Made by a program: the position numbers and the translations under genes. Shown piece after piece: positions 1 to 10,027 of a stretch of DNA of 64,000 nucleotides; position 1 is the stretch's first letter; every line of letters starts with the position of its first letter. The DNA is from an uncultured Verrucomicrobiae bacterium. Lineage in GTDB: Bacteria; Verrucomicrobiota; Verrucomicrobiia; Chthoniobacterales; UBA10450. A model generated the notes under the pieces. That model was not told the origin of the DNA. It made no database searches and was given only the letters and a program-made list of their open reading frames with translations. Location of the stretch: NCBI GenBank assembly GCA_963815455.1, contig CAWFGO010000002.1, positions 416,001 through 480,000 on the forward strand, given 5' to 3'.

Positions 1-2898
1 GATGTTGGCCGCGGTCTTGGGATCGGCCACGATCGAAGAGATAATGAGCCCAAGGGACACCCCCGACATCGCCGTCATCAGCATGATGCCGAGATCGATC
101 CAAAACATCCCGCGAATTTGCAGGAGATAATTGCCGATCAGAACAAAGAGCACGCATTGAACGAGGGCGAAAATGCCGAGAGTAAGCGTTTTCGAAATGA
201 CGTAATAGGGAATGCGGACATTGAGATTTCGTTCGCGCTGCAACACCGGACGATCGCGGATAATATCGTCCGCGCTGTTGGTCAGGCCGAGAAACATGGC
301 CACGATCAGGCTCAGGAACAGAAACGTCGGGATGTGATAGGCGGATGCGAAATCGTACTGCCCGCTATCGGAGTAACGCAAAATGGTGGCAATGAGCACC
401 GCCAGCACGGGCGCGACGCAAATGGTGATCACCAGGTTGGCCCGATTGCGCAGTTTGCTGATGAAAGCACGCCGAAGCAGGGTGCGAAACTGGGTCCATT
501 CGTCGTGCCACCGAAATGGGAGCCGCTTTTTCTGGGCCGCGGCCGGTGGCAACGCCGTGACAGGTTCCTTGCGAAGCGAAACCTGTTTAACGTCCTGGAT
601 CAATCGAAACGCCTCATATTTATCTCTCCAGAACTCCGGCGAGTACCGGCGCGAAGGAACGAGCTGGCCGCGCTTGTTCTCCTCGTAAATGATGTCGCCG
701 CTCAAATCGCGCAGCGGCGTCTCCAGAACATCGAAAATAAATTCGGGGCGCGTCGTGCCGCAGGACGGGCAGGCGCCGAGTTCGGCCCCGAATTGATGCT
801 GATGCTCCGCCTCGGCAAAATAACGCAGCATGTCCGTCGGCGTGCCGAAAAACACCAGGCGCCCGCCTTTATCGAGCAGGATCGCCTTGTGAAACATCTG
901 GAACAGCTTCGAGCTCGGCTGATGAATCGTAACGATAATGATCTTGTTGTGGGCCATGCCCCGAATGATCTCGATCACGTGCTCGGAATCTTTCGAGGAA
1001 AGACCGGAAGTCGGTTCGTCGAATAGATAAACGTCCGACATGCCGATCATATCGAGCCCGATGTTGAGCCGTTTGCGCTCGCCGCCGCTGAGAGTTTTTT
1101 TGACAGCGCTGCCGACAACGGCGTCTCGGCGTTCCCCCAGACCGAGTTCCATCAATTTCGCTTCCAGGCGGCGGGTCCGGTCCCGTCGGGAGAGATGAGG
1201 CGAACGAATCGCGGCCGCGAATTGCAGATTTTCGCCGATGGTCAGGTGCTCGTCGAAAGCGTCTTCCTGCGGAATGTAACTGAGATAACGCTTTAGCCGG
1301 TCGAGGTTGGGATAGAGTGATTGTCCGTTAAGAATAACCTGACCACTGGTGGGCTGGAGTTGCCCGGCCAGAACTTTCAGCAGCGTGCTCTTGCCCGAAC
1401 CGCTCGCTCCCATCACGCACACCAGCTCCCCGCGCGTGACACTGAAAGAAATTCCCTCGAGCCCAACCTCGCCCTTGCCAAAGCGATGGGTGATCTCGCT
1501 TACTTCGAGGCTGCGAATGATGTTGCGCTCTTCCTCGATGATCCGCTCGGAAAAATTGCACCGCAGAAACTGGCCGATGTCGATCCTGATGGTGTCGCCG
1601 TCCTTGAGCGGCGCCGTCGTGCGCACGGTTGTCTGTCCTACCATGATCGGACGATCCGCCTCCATGACCAGCAACTCGCCAATCCGTTTGTCGTAATCGC
1701 AAAAAATCTTGAGCAACACGTCGCCGCTGGTGCCGGGCGAAAGCAATATGTCGTCGGCCTCGAGCAGGCTCGGATTATTCGACACCAAATATTCCGATTT
1801 GGACGCTTTCAATTGGAACCGGCCACCCAGCGCCCGCGCCCGCCGGCGCAGGTCCAGAAAATCCATCTCGCTGTCGTTGTGGAAAACGATCCTGTCCTGC
1901 AACGTCGCCTCCGCTTCCGTGCCCGCTTTCAGCTTTACCCCGTTCAACACCGCATCGACATCGCGCAACGCCTTCACATTTACTTTCAGGCCGAAAGAAA
2001 TTTGCAGCGCGCTTTCCCGGGTGCGGGCCCGTTCCAGCGCCACCTCGTCCCCGTCCTTGTTTACCCGCACGAAAATCTGCGGCACGGAAACGTTTTTCTT
2101 GGCATTGAAATATTGCGCCAACTCCTGATAACTGAGCACCTGGTCGCCTATCAAAATTCTCTGGCCCGGATAAATCCGGCAAAAACCGCCCCGGGGCAGC
2201 GGCCGGCCCCGGACCGAGACGTTCTGCCCGCTGTAATTTTTCAGCAAAATCAGATCGTGATAACGGAAGGCCAGCAGCCGCTCATTTTCGGCCAGGTTTT
2301 TCAGGGTCACATCCGCCTTGCCATTGGTGCCGAAGGAAAGCGATTCCAGCGGCGAGGCCCCGCGCTGATAAATGGCCGGATCGGAATCCTCCGAAGCGTT
2401 CAACTGATAGACGATGTCGATCGCCTGGGCCGCCATGCCCAGTTGCGACATGAACGAGTAAAACGCGACCACCTGTTCCTGTTTCAAACCGGCCTGCGAG
2501 ATCAGGTCGTACAGTTGAACCCCGAGCATGATCTTGCGCTCGGTGCTCAACTGCGAGCTGAGCTTCAAGGCCATGGCCGAGAGATCCTGCTGCTCGTAAA
2601 GCGCCTGCCGGAATAATTGCCGCAGCTCCGAGTAAACCGCTTCGGGGTAATCGTAACGCAGGAACCCAAGGCTCGAGTCGATCTCTTCCTCCAGCAGCAC
2701 GCCGTCGGCTTTCGAAAAACTGGCCAGCACCTGGATGAGCAACGGAAGCAGATTCGGGCCTTCCGAAACGCTGCGCGGTTTGCGCAGTGCCCGCCGGACC
2801 CAGCGCCGTCCCGTCCGCCGCACCCGGTAAGCCAGCGGGGTCACCCGCTGCATGGCGCGATCGATCTTATCCGCAACGGATGTGACCAGTTCAGTCAT
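1..2898 (-). CDS. ABCG/White-type ABC transporter (NBD then permease) with long N-terminal TerB-like/FHA-like extension; runs off the left edge
   Basis: Absent from the ORF track because it has no stop in the window. Manual translation from ATG 2898 (MTELVTSVADKIDRAM) is open to base 1. Walker A GASGSGKST, signature LSGGERKR, Walker B YLFDEPTSGL, H-loop TIHQPS, then TM helices with LQRER. Confidence 0.9.
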   Translation of the reverse strand, partial: MTELVTSVADKIDRAMQRVTPLAYRVRRTGRRWVRRALRKPRSVSEGPNLLPLLIQVLASFSKADGVLLEEEIDSSLGFLRYDYPEAVYSELRQLFRQALYEQQDLSAMALKLSSQLSTERKIMLGVQLYDLISQAGLKQEQVVAFYSFMSQLGMAAQAIDIVYQLNASEDSDPAIYQRGASPLESLSFGTNGKADVTLKNLAENERLLAFRYHDLILLKNYSGQNVSVRGRPLPRGGFCRIYPGQRILIGDQVLSYQELAQYFNAKKNVSVPQIFVRVNKDGDEVALERARTRESALQISFGLKVNVKALRDVDAVLNGVKLKAGTEAEATLQDRIVFHNDSEMDFLDLRRRARALGGRFQLKASKSEYLVSNNPSLLEADDILLSPGTSGDVLLKIFCDYDKRIGELLVMEADRPIMVGQTTVRTTAPLKDGDTIRIDIGQFLRCNFSERIIEEERNIIRSLEVSEITHRFGKGEVGLEGISFSVTRGELVCVMGASGSGKSTLLKVLAGQLQPTSGQVILNGQSLYPNLDRLKRYLSYIPQEDAFDEHLTIGENLQFAAAIRSPHLSRRDRTRRLEAKLMELGLGERRDAVVGSAVKKTLSGGERKRLNIGLDMIGMSDVYLFDEPTSGLSSKDSEHVIEIIRGMAHNKIIIVTIHQPSSKLFQMFHKAILLDKGGRLVFFGTPTDMLRYFAEAEHQHQFGAELGACPSCGTTRPEFIFDVLETPLRDLSGDIIYEENKRGQLVPSRRYSPEFWRDKYEAFRLIQDVKQVSLRKEPVTALPPAAAQKKRLPFRWHDEWTQFRTLLRRAFISKLRNRANLVITICVAPVLAVLIATILRYSDSGQYDFASAYHIPTFLFLSLIVAMFLGLTNSADDIIRDRPVLQRERNLNVRIPYYVISKTLTLGIFALVQCVLFVLIGNYLLQIRGMFWIDLGIMLMTAMSGVSLGLIISSIVADPKTAANI

Positions 2899-2974
2899 GA
2901 AGATTTGGAATGAAATTTTACCGTAACCCCCGGACAACGCAATGGACGGCCCTTTCCGTTCCGCGTGATCCTAC

Positions 2975-3023
2975 GGAGGGACTCGCCGAGGCGAGTCCAG
3001 GATGCGAAGAATCGCGTCCCTCC
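2975..3023. repeat. GGAG-type REP-like palindromic doublet
   Basis: Inverted ends ggagggac...gtccctcc with inner hairpin gactcgccgaggcgagtc; relatives at 14288-14336 and 47021-47070. Confidence 0.65.
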
Positions 3024-3134
3024 GAACATTGATCGCGCCGACGTCCAGAACCCCGCGGCCCGGCCCCTGCTCTTTGCATTGACAATTCGTTCATGTTAGC
3101 GTTTTACCACAGCGGTTAATCTCCCGCATTCCTT

Positions 3135-5171
3135 ATGCCCCAACCGGATCGCAATTCTCAACGGGAGAACAAATCCCGCGGAAACGAGCCCAATTTTAAT
3201 TGGCGCGGCGTGATTCTGATCGCCATCGCCTTCGGCTTTATCGCGCTGGCCATGCTGTTTTATCGCCAGGGAATGCAGCCGGTCGAAGACATCCCCTACA
3301 ATCGGTTCCTCGAGCTACTCGAGAACAAACAGATCGTAGTGGACAAGAATTATCCACTCCAAATCGTCATCGAAGATGGCCGGCCCACGCAAAGCCTGCG
3401 CGGCTTTTTCATCAAGCAGGGCGCAGGTTCCGCGGCGAACCAGCAGCTGCCATTTCGGACTACTATCTATTTGAGCTTCACCAAGAGCCTCGAGGAAAAA
3501 CTCAAGGCCGCCGGGATTGAGCCCGCGTTTAAGACCGAATCCAATGTCGTTGCTCAAACCGTGATCGGTTTTCTGCCGATCGCGCTTTTCCTGCTCGTTC
3601 TCTATTTCCTGTTCCGTCAGCAAATCCGCATGGCCGGCAAAGGCGCGCTCAATTTCGGCAAGTCCAAGGCCCGGATGCTGGCCCGCGACAAGAACAAGAT
3701 CACCTTCCGCGACGTCGCCGGGGTCGAGGAAGCGAAGGACGAAGTGCAGGAGTTGGTCGAATTTCTCCGCGACCCGAAAAAGTTTCAGAAACTCGGTGGC
3801 CGCATTCCCAAGGGCGTGTTGCTGGTCGGGCCTCCCGGCACCGGCAAGACTTTGCTCGCCCGCGCCATTGCCGGCGAAGCCGATGTTCCATTCTTTTCCA
3901 TTAGCGGCTCCGATTTCGTGGAAATGTTTGTCGGAGTCGGCGCCAGTCGGGTCCGCGACATGTTCGAGCAAGGCAAGAAATCCGCGCCGTGCATTATTTT
4001 CATCGACGAAATCGACGCGGTCGGCCGCCATCGTGGACACGGAGTCGGCGGCGGTCACGACGAGCGTGAGCAAACGCTCAATGCTTTGCTGGTCGAGATG
4101 GACGGCTTCGACACGCAGGAAGGCGTTATCATCATCGCCGCCACCAACCGGCCCGACGTTCTCGATCCCGCGTTGCTGCGCCCCGGACGGTTCGATCGAC
4201 AGATCACTGTCAATTTGCCCGACGTGAAAGGGCGCGAAGAAATTCTGCGGGTCCACTGCAAGAAAGTGAAACTGGCCGAAGGCGTCGATCTGGCCGTGGT
4301 CGCACGGGGCACACCCGGTTATTCCGGGGCCGAGCTGGCCAATGTGATCAACGAAGCGGCGCTGCTCGCCGCCCGTCGCGGACTCAAAGGAATCACGCTC
4401 TCCGAGCTCGAAGAAGCCCGAGACAAAGTCCGCTGGGGCAGAGAACGCCGCAGCTTGTCGATGAGCGAAAAGGAAAAAACCAACACTGCGTATCACGAAG
4501 CCGGCCACGCGTTGTTGCTCGAGCTTTTGCCGCATACCGAGCCGCTCCACAAGGTCACCATTATCCCGCGCGGCCCGTCGCTGGGATCGACAATGTGGTT
4601 GCCCGAGGAAGACAAATATACCAATCGCAAAAACGAATTGCTGGCCAGTCTCACCGTAAAAATGGGCGGACGCGTGGCCGAGGAAATCGCGTTCGGCGAT
4701 GTCACTAACGGCGCCGCCGGCGACATCAAGATGGCTACTTCCATGGCTCGCAAGATGGTTTGCGAATGGGGCATGAGCGAACGACTCGGCATGGTCGAAT
4801 ACGGCGAGCACGAAGATTACGTTTTTCTCGGACGCGATATTTCCCGGGCCCGCGACTACAGCGAAGCGACCGCCCAGGAGATCGATCAGGAAGTGCGCCG
4901 GCTTTTGGATGACGCCTATCAGGGCGCCAGGCAAGCGCTCCTGGCCAATCGCGACAAACTCGACGCGATTGCCAAAGCGCTGCTCGAATACGAAACGCTC
5001 GATGGCGCTCAGATCAAAGAGATCATGGAATACGGCCGTATGCTGAAACCGCCGCCGACCGTCACTCCCACCAGCGGCCACAAAATGCCGCCCGAAAAAC
5101 CGCCCAAACAAGTCATCGCGCCCGACGTCGCCCCGCCCCTCCCCGGCGCCCTCGGCGGTGCTCCGGCGTAA
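3135..5171 (+). CDS. ftsH: ATP-dependent zinc metalloprotease FtsH
   Basis: Two TM segments, [37 protein letters not shown] zinc motif. Confidence 0.98.
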   Translation: MPQPDRNSQRENKSRGNEPNFNWRGVILIAIAFGFIALAMLFYRQGMQPVEDIPYNRFLELLENKQIVVDKNYPLQIVIEDGRPTQSLRGFFIKQGAGSAANQQLPFRTTIYLSFTKSLEEKLKAAGIEPAFKTESNVVAQTVIGFLPIALFLLVLYFLFRQQIRMAGKGALNFGKSKARMLARDKNKITFRDVAGVEEAKDEVQELVEFLRDPKKFQKLGGRIPKGVLLVGPPGTGKTLLARAIAGEADVPFFSISGSDFVEMFVGVGASRVRDMFEQGKKSAPCIIFIDEIDAVGRHRGHGVGGGHDEREQTLNALLVEMDGFDTQEGVIIIAATNRPDVLDPALLRPGRFDRQITVNLPDVKGREEILRVHCKKVKLAEGVDLAVVARGTPGYSGAELANVINEAALLAARRGLKGITLSELEEARDKVRWGRERRSLSMSEKEKTNTAYHEAGHALLLELLPHTEPLHKVTIIPRGPSLGSTMWLPEEDKYTNRKNELLASLTVKMGGRVAEEIAFGDVTNGAAGDIKMATSMARKMVCEWGMSERLGMVEYGEHEDYVFLGRDISRARDYSEATAQEIDQEVRRLLDDAYQGARQALLANRDKLDAIAKALLEYETLDGAQIKEIMEYGRMLKPPPTVTPTSGHKMPPEKPPKQVIAPDVAPPLPGALGGAPA

Positions 5172-5183
5172 GCCTGCACACTG

Positions 5184-5579
5184 ATGACCTGGTGGGTTCG
5201 CAGATTTACATGCGCGACCGCGTGTATCCTTAGTGCGATCTTCGCTCTGAGCGCCAAAGGGCAGTCGCGCAATAAAACTGACCAAGAGCCATGGCAGCGG
5301 GATGTTGTACTAATGGTTAAGCCGATATATCCGCACGACGAACATTCTTGGTCGATAAGGGAAGGTCGAGGAATTTTTCGCCTTTTCATCGATGAAAGCA
5401 CGGGGAAAGTGACACGTGTCAACGTGCTGAAGTCCACCCGCTACGGCGTACTCGACGGCGCTGCCATCCGCGCCTTGCGCCAATGGCGGCTAAAGCCCAA
5501 GACTTGGAAACAAATCGACGTACCCGTGACTTTTAAGCTCGATTCGTCAGAACCTACGCGACCAGCCCCCCCTCCATAG
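5184..5579 (+). CDS. TonB C-terminal domain protein
   Basis: Signal-like N-terminus; PIYP...EGRG...F.IDESTGKVT.V.VLKSTRYGVLDGAAIRALRQWRLKP...VPVTF. Confidence 0.8.
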   Translation: MTWWVRRFTCATACILSAIFALSAKGQSRNKTDQEPWQRDVVLMVKPIYPHDEHSWSIREGRGIFRLFIDESTGKVTRVNVLKSTRYGVLDGAAIRALRQWRLKPKTWKQIDVPVTFKLDSSEPTRPAPPP

Positions 5580-5606
5580 GCTTTTCACACAGATAGCAAT
5601 CCAAAG

Positions 5607-5654
5607 GCAGCGAGAATGCTCAGCGGCCTCCGCAATTCGCTGCTCGATTCCTGA
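5607..5654 (+). pseudogene. Possible 3' remnant of a four-helix-bundle protein gene
   Basis: Reads AARMLSGLRNSLLDS*, resembling the RMLSGLRxSL C-terminus of that family; no start or upstream body present. Confidence 0.4.
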
Positions 5655-5738
5655 CCCTCAACTTCTCTACTTCTTCCCGCCCTCAACTCTCAACCCTCAA
5701 CCTCCCCTCAACCCTCAACCAAGACCCTCAACTCTCAC
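5654..5738 (+). repeat. Degenerate tandem (C/T)CTCAAC repeats
   Basis: ccctcaac/tctcaac occurs about 7 times; the reverse complement (gttgagggttgagag...gttgagag) lies inside the attC at 10016-10044. Confidence 0.75.
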
Positions 5739-5767
5739 TTGGCAGCCGATTCTTCCAGAGTTAAATC
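5739..5767 (+). promoter_or_regulatory. Candidate Pc-like sigma70 promoter for the cassette array
   Basis: TTGGCA-N17-TAAATC, about 100 nt upstream of the first GTTAGGT core site. Confidence 0.35.
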
Positions 5768-5819
5768 AGAAGGCATGACCCCGTCCTATCCACCGCCCCC
5801 CCTTCGAGCCTCAACCTAG

Positions 5820-5875
5820 TTAGACGAAAAAATGTTCGCCTTTAATTACGAACCTTCGTCTAATTCTCGTTAGGT
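5820..5875 (+). mobile_element. attI-like integron recombination site
   Basis: Core GTTAGGT at 5869-5875 preceded by GTCTAAT; inverted repeat TTAGACGAA (5820-5828)/TTCGTCTAA (5855-5863); lacks the attC consensus seen downstream. Confidence 0.55.
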
Positions 5876-5891
5876 CTATGGCGCGCGAAAC

Positions 5892-6158
5892 ATGATGGGC
5901 CGGCTACCGTTCATGAAGGCCCGTTTGTCGGGCATCGCATTGGCTGAGGTTCTCATGATCACAGCAATGTTCCTCCTCGTTGCCTCCTTATTTATTCGGT
6001 TCCGTTATGGCCATGCTTGGCTTGCCGCAGAGTATTCGTTCGTCGAGTCGCACGGCATCAGTCGTGGGGTGTATGACACGTGCAAGATTGCTTTCTTCCG
6101 CGTCCTCGCTGTATGCTATCTTGCATATCGGATTCGGCAGGCGTGGCGACACCGTTGA
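5892..6158 (+). CDS. Integron cassette 1: small membrane protein
   Basis: Two hydrophobic segments; bounded by GTTAGGTC (5869) and complementary GACCTAAC (6177). Confidence 0.6.
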   Translation: MMGRLPFMKARLSGIALAEVLMITAMFLLVASLFIRFRYGHAWLAAEYSFVESHGISRGVYDTCKIAFFRVLAVCYLAYRIRQAWRHR

Positions 6159-6177
6159 ATAGTTTGAACCCCAATCG

Positions 6178-6300
6178 ACCTAACCAATCAGTCGAGCTAA
6201 CCGCCACCCGTCGTGCGCTCAAGCTTTCTATGACCAAAGCTTCTTCACTTCGAACCACACTCGCTCTCGGTGGCGGTAGCTCACTTCTGTCTCGTTAGGT
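6178..6300 (+). mobile_element. attC site 1 (123 bp)
   Basis: R'' ACCTAAC ... gagctaaccgccacc ... ggtggcggtagctc ... R' GTTAGGT; imperfect hairpin. Confidence 0.92.
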
Positions 6301-6316
6301 CTCAGACCGAGCGCTC

Positions 6317-6817
6317 ATGCAAGACACCCCACGCGACCATGAATACCGGCTCTTCCGAGGTGCATACATCCTGGGCGTTGGAACCCCTATTATTTTGTTG
6401 GCCCATCGATATGATTATGCGCCCACTCTCGAACGATACATTTTTATCTATGGGCACGAAAAGACCCTTCTACGCACTGCCACCGAGTGGCGGTTCTCGG
6501 GTAATCGTCCCAGCCAGTCCATCACTCGAGAGTCATTGTTCGCGGAGGAGCTTTCAGCCGCGCAAATACAACTGGTGGATTGGATGTTCGAGAAGAAACC
6601 GGACCTCTGTCGAGGACTTGGCTTAACGGCATTGTTTCTCGATATACAGCCGACGGATGACGTGGAACTTTCCCGACTCTACACTTTTCGCGGATTCGAT
6701 GCGGAGATAGACCGTATTTACGAGGTGACCAAATGCTTTGCGCTGTGCGACACCCTCAAAGAAATCTGTTCACAAGGAAAGTGTTCTCGTCCACCCTTAG
6801 ACCTGTTCGACAGTTAG
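6317..6817 (+). CDS. Integron cassette 2: hypothetical protein
   Basis: ORF fills the space between attC1 and attC2; stop abuts R''; GTTAGGTCT/AGACCTAAC are complementary. Confidence 0.7.
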   Translation: MQDTPRDHEYRLFRGAYILGVGTPIILLAHRYDYAPTLERYIFIYGHEKTLLRTATEWRFSGNRPSQSITRESLFAEELSAAQIQLVDWMFEKKPDLCRGLGLTALFLDIQPTDDVELSRLYTFRGFDAEIDRIYEVTKCFALCDTLKEICSQGKCSRPPLDLFDS

Positions 6818-6941
6818 ACCTAACCAATCGCTCGAGCCAACCGCTGACCGCGCCGATGTTTAGTTTTCATATGACTTCAACATTCAATTCCGCAGCACAG
6901 CTCGCTCCCATCAGCGGTGGCTCAGCTCGTTCTCGTTAGGT
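6818..6941 (+). mobile_element. attC site 2 (124 bp)
   Basis: ACCTAACcaatcgctcgagccaaccgctga...tcagcggtggctcagctcgttctcGTTAGGT. Confidence 0.92.
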
Positions 6942-6943
6942 CT

Positions 6944-7318
6944 ATGCCGCATCGTTTACTCTTTTCTGCTCTTATTACGATACTGCTTGCTTCGTGTGAT
7001 GAGGACATCCAGGTCATCTCGCCAGAGGGATACGTTGCGGGCTCCACTGAGCTGGACGGCACGGTCCATGCCGTGCCAGACAAGAGTCTCTATCGCACCA
7101 TGGAAGCTGCCGTTCAGACGCGAGACCCCTCCACTTTGGTATTTCCTGATGAAACCGAGCCATGGTTTACACTGGCTGGTGGAGATCGCATCCGACTGCT
7201 TGAGGTGGATGAGGACGAGGCGATTGCCGAGGTCGAAGTCCTTAGCGGGTTACACACCGGCATCACGTGTTGGATATCTGTAGATTGCGTAGTTCTGGAC
7301 GACGCGACAGATGATTGA
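6944..7318 (+). CDS. Integron cassette 3: predicted lipoprotein
   Basis: ATG 3 nt after R'; lipobox LLASC; acidic; stop overlaps the next R''. Confidence 0.75.
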   Translation: MPHRLLFSALITILLASCDEDIQVISPEGYVAGSTELDGTVHAVPDKSLYRTMEAAVQTRDPSTLVFPDETEPWFTLAGGDRIRLLEVDEDEAIAEVEVLSGLHTGITCWISVDCVVLDDATDD

Positions 7319-7440
7319 CCTAACCAATCGCTCGAGCCAACCGCCACCCGACGTGCGCTCACATTTAAGATGATTAAAACGGCTTCAATCGCAGCGACGC
7401 TCATTGTCGGCGGCGGTGGCTCAGCTCCGTCTCGTTAGAG
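7318..7440 (+). mobile_element. attC site 3 (123 bp)
   Basis: ACCTAACcaatcgctcgagccaaccgcc...ggcggtggctcagctccgtctcGTTAGAG. Confidence 0.92.
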
Positions 7441-7666
7441 GCAAAGACCCGCTGCATTATTTTCTGCTTTTCCCAGATGCTGTCTTTGGTTATCGTCATG
7501 CTCGTGAGCGGTGCAGCTCTGGTCCACATACCGGATTCGAGATCATTGTTCCGGGGCGTCAGGACGGCTTCGGCCATAAATCCTGCTCGCAGGAGCGCCA
7601 ATCTCTTTGGGCGCACCGTCTCACACCTCTTCTTTCGGCCATGCACGTGATGTCGCCAGCCTTTGC
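7441..7666 (+). other. Integron cassette 4: short cassette with no convincing gene
   Basis: Ends GTTAGAGGCAAAG and CTTTGCCCCTAAC are 12/13 complementary; only a short (<60 codon) ATG ORF fits inside. Confidence 0.65.
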
Positions 7667-7821
7667 CCCTAACCAATCGCTCGAGCGAACTCTGAACTCC
7701 GAAAGTTTTCGCGAGCAAGCACGCCTGCCGCTGTAAAATCGACATTTGATTTTATGAAACAGATTTCAACGTTTGCCGCGCCCGCTCCCCGCAGCGGTGG
7801 CTCAGCTCCGTCTCGTTAAGT
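7667..7821 (+). mobile_element. attC site 4 (155 bp, with inserted short palindrome)
   Basis: CCCTAACcaatcgctcgag...gcggtggctcagctccgtctcGTTAAGT; extra tccgaaagttttcgcgagc in the left arm. Confidence 0.85.
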
Positions 7822-7844
7822 TTGGACCAGGTCCCTGCGAAAGA

Positions 7845-8618
7845 ATGCGATTGGATACGACGTCGGAGCCACTTGATCGACCTTCCATGGAGGCTTTGGT
7901 CGAAGCCGGGATGCTGAAGTTTGAGAGCCTCCATCCCGGGGGTTTGGAGTTAACCGGGGAACTGGCTGAGCTATGCAACATCCGGAAAGGCGCCAAGGTG
8001 CTGGATGTCGCTTCCGGCACGGGAGAAACCGCTTGCTTTCTGGTCGAGAGATTCGCAGCTCGGGTCTTGGGAATTGATCGGTGCGACCAGATGATTCGGC
8101 GGGCCGAATCGAAGGCACGAGCCAATAGCCTGCAGGTGGAATTTAGACGGGCCGAAGCGACGAATCTGCCATTCGCCGACGCCGAGTTCGACGCCGCGAT
8201 TTGCGAATGCACACTGTGTTTTCTAAACAAGGAACACGTAATCGGCGAGATGGCGCGGGTGGTGCGTCCCGGAGGATACGTCGGCATCCACGACTTGTGC
8301 TGGAAAGAGCATACTCCTCGGGCTTTGAAACGCGCTCTTGCGGAAATTGAAAATGAAAAACCGGAAACGCTTGAAGGATGGCAACGGCTATTTAGCGAGG
8401 CTGGTCTGGTCCAGGTCAACGCCATCGATAAATCCGAACTAATCGCGCAATGGATGCGCAAATCGAAGAAACACCTTGGGTTGACCGGACAGTTCGCACT
8501 GGTCCTGAAGATTTTGCGGCGGTGGGGAATTCGCGGCTTATGGACGATCTTGAAATCGGGGCGAGTATTCTCGAGCAAATTTCTGGGCTATGGAATCATA
8601 GTCGGGAAAAAGCGATGA
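7845..8618 (+). CDS. Integron cassette 5: class I SAM-dependent methyltransferase
   Basis: LHPGG, VLDVASGTG, LPFADAEFD, EMARVVRPGG. Confidence 0.9.
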   Translation: MRLDTTSEPLDRPSMEALVEAGMLKFESLHPGGLELTGELAELCNIRKGAKVLDVASGTGETACFLVERFAARVLGIDRCDQMIRRAESKARANSLQVEFRRAEATNLPFADAEFDAAICECTLCFLNKEHVIGEMARVVRPGGYVGIHDLCWKEHTPRALKRALAEIENEKPETLEGWQRLFSEAGLVQVNAIDKSELIAQWMRKSKKHLGLTGQFALVLKILRRWGIRGLWTILKSGRVFSSKFLGYGIIVGKKR

Positions 8619-8691
8619 TCTCCGCTTTCGTGGAATCCCCGGCGCGGCAAGAATGCAACCTCGCCGTGCTTCCGGTTTCAGGAACGGAACG

Positions 8692-8990
8692 GGAACTAAC
8701 CGCTACCCGTCGCGCGCACTGCTCCCTTGCGCCCTTCCTCGGCTACCGCGAGGATGATACAGTCTTTGTGGACATCCAGCCCTAAATAGAGTTCTTTTTT
8801 CATTGGTGTGTTTGTTTGTTCGAGTTGTTAAAACTGCAACGCTCCGGAACACTCGTTGTCCCGGCCGTTCGTGCGGCTCTGCTCCTTTACCGGAGTAGCC
8901 CGCGAAAAAATATGAACGGCAAACGCACCCTTCTTTTCAACCCCGTGCTCGCGCGCTCATCTCCCGCCCGCAGCCATAAAGTCTAGGCCC
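8692..8990 (+). mobile_element. Degenerate or disrupted attC remnant
   Basis: gaactaaccgctacccgtcgcgcgc matches the left arm of attC1 (gagctaaccgccacccgtcgtgcgc); gtctaggc at 8981 resembles a damaged GTTAGGC core just before the next gene. Confidence 0.45.
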
Positions 8991-8995
8991 ATCGG

Positions 8996-10027
8996 ATGAA
9001 GCGTCTTCTCGTCATCATCCTTATTATTGTTGCAGTTCTTGTGGCGGCCCTTGGGCTCGCGATCGCACTTGGCGGACCGGGCAAGGCGCCACCGCCAATG
9101 TCGAGCATTAACGACCCTTTCACGAACATGGATTTCTCCGATCTACCGGAAGCGAGTTACGTTACGGCTCGCGATGGCACTAAGCTCGCCTTTCGGGCCT
9201 ACCCGGCTGCCGGTGACGCTGTCAAAGGCAGCGTGGTGCTCGTGCACGGCTCGTCTGCCAGTAGCAGCAGCATGCACCTGATGGCCAAGGGATTTGCCGC
9301 CGCTGGCTATGCTGCTTACACGCTGGACATCCGCGGACACGGCAAATCAGGCACCAAAGGCCACATCGCTTATATCGGACAGTTGGAGGACGACCTCGAA
9401 GACTTTGTCCATTCGACCAAATTGGCTCAGCCTTCCACGCTCGCTGGATTCTCTTCCGGCGGCGGATTTGTGCTTCGCTTCGCGGGCAGTCCACGTCAGG
9501 AACTATTCTCCAACTATCTTCTTCTTTCTCCTTGGATTAGTCAGGACGCAGCAACGTTGCGTCCGGGCAGCGGCGGCTGGGCTACGGTGGGGGTTCCGCG
9601 CATCATCGCGATCGCCGTGCTAAACGGGTTTGGAATGCACGCGTTTGACGACCTGCCGGTGGTCAGATTTGCGGTCGCCGAGAGGGACAAAGGCTTGCTC
9701 ACCCCGCAATATTCCTTCGCCCTCGCACAGAACTTCAGGCCTGAGCGCGATTACCAGGCAAACATTCGAGCGATTAGGCAAACTCTTCGGGTGCTCGTGG
9801 GTCAAAACGATGACGTGTCGTACGCCGATCGGTTTGCAGCCGTTTTCAAGACAGCTGGCAAAGATGTTCCTGTTACAGTTCTCCCGGGGATCGACCACAT
9901 CTCACTCACCCTTGATCCAGTCGCCGTCCAAGCGGCAATCGCGGCGGTTGAAAGCATGGATCACGAAAAGCCTAACCAAACGATGCAGGCAACCGCTGGC
10001 CGTTGTACTGAGAAAGTTGAGGGTTGA
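8996..10027 (+). CDS. Integron cassette 6: alpha/beta hydrolase with N-terminal membrane anchor
   Basis: LVHG oxyanion motif, DIRGHGKS, nucleophile GFSSGG, late D and H; reads through into the attC. Confidence 0.9.
   Translation: MKRLLVIILIIVAVLVAALGLAIALGGPGKAPPPMSSINDPFTNMDFSDLPEASYVTARDGTKLAFRAYPAAGDAVKGSVVLVHGSSASSSSMHLMAKGFAAAGYAAYTLDIRGHGKSGTKGHIAYIGQLEDDLEDFVHSTKLAQPSTLAGFSSGGGFVLRFAGSPRQELFSNYLLLSPWISQDAATLRPGSGGWATVGVPRIIAIAVLNGFGMHAFDDLPVVRFAVAERDKGLLTPQYSFALAQNFRPERDYQANIRAIRQTLRVLVGQNDDVSYADRFAAVFKTAGKDVPVTVLPGIDHISLTLDPVAVQAAIAAVESMDHEKPNQTMQATAGRCTEKVEG

Noticed and set aside
118..2913. Long plus-strand ORFs (118-1026, 1321-2616, 2617-2913)
   Set aside because: Antisense shadows of the minus-strand ABC transporter; no recognisable motifs.
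3079..3110. TTGACA upstream of ftsH as a defined promoter
   Set aside because: No convincing -10 element at 16-18 nt spacing.
3315..5285. 656-aa minus-strand ORF, and similar long antisense ORFs opposite glgX, the aldehyde dehydrogenase and nadC
   Set aside because: Shadow frames typical of GC-rich coding DNA.
5184..5579. TonB-domain gene as an integron cassette
   Set aside because: No attC follows it and it lies upstream of the attI-like site.
6178..7821. Regularly recurring repeats as a CRISPR array
   Set aside because: Repeats exceed 120 bp, are imperfect and flank whole genes with RYYTAAC/GTTRRR ends; they are attC sites, and no cas genes are present.
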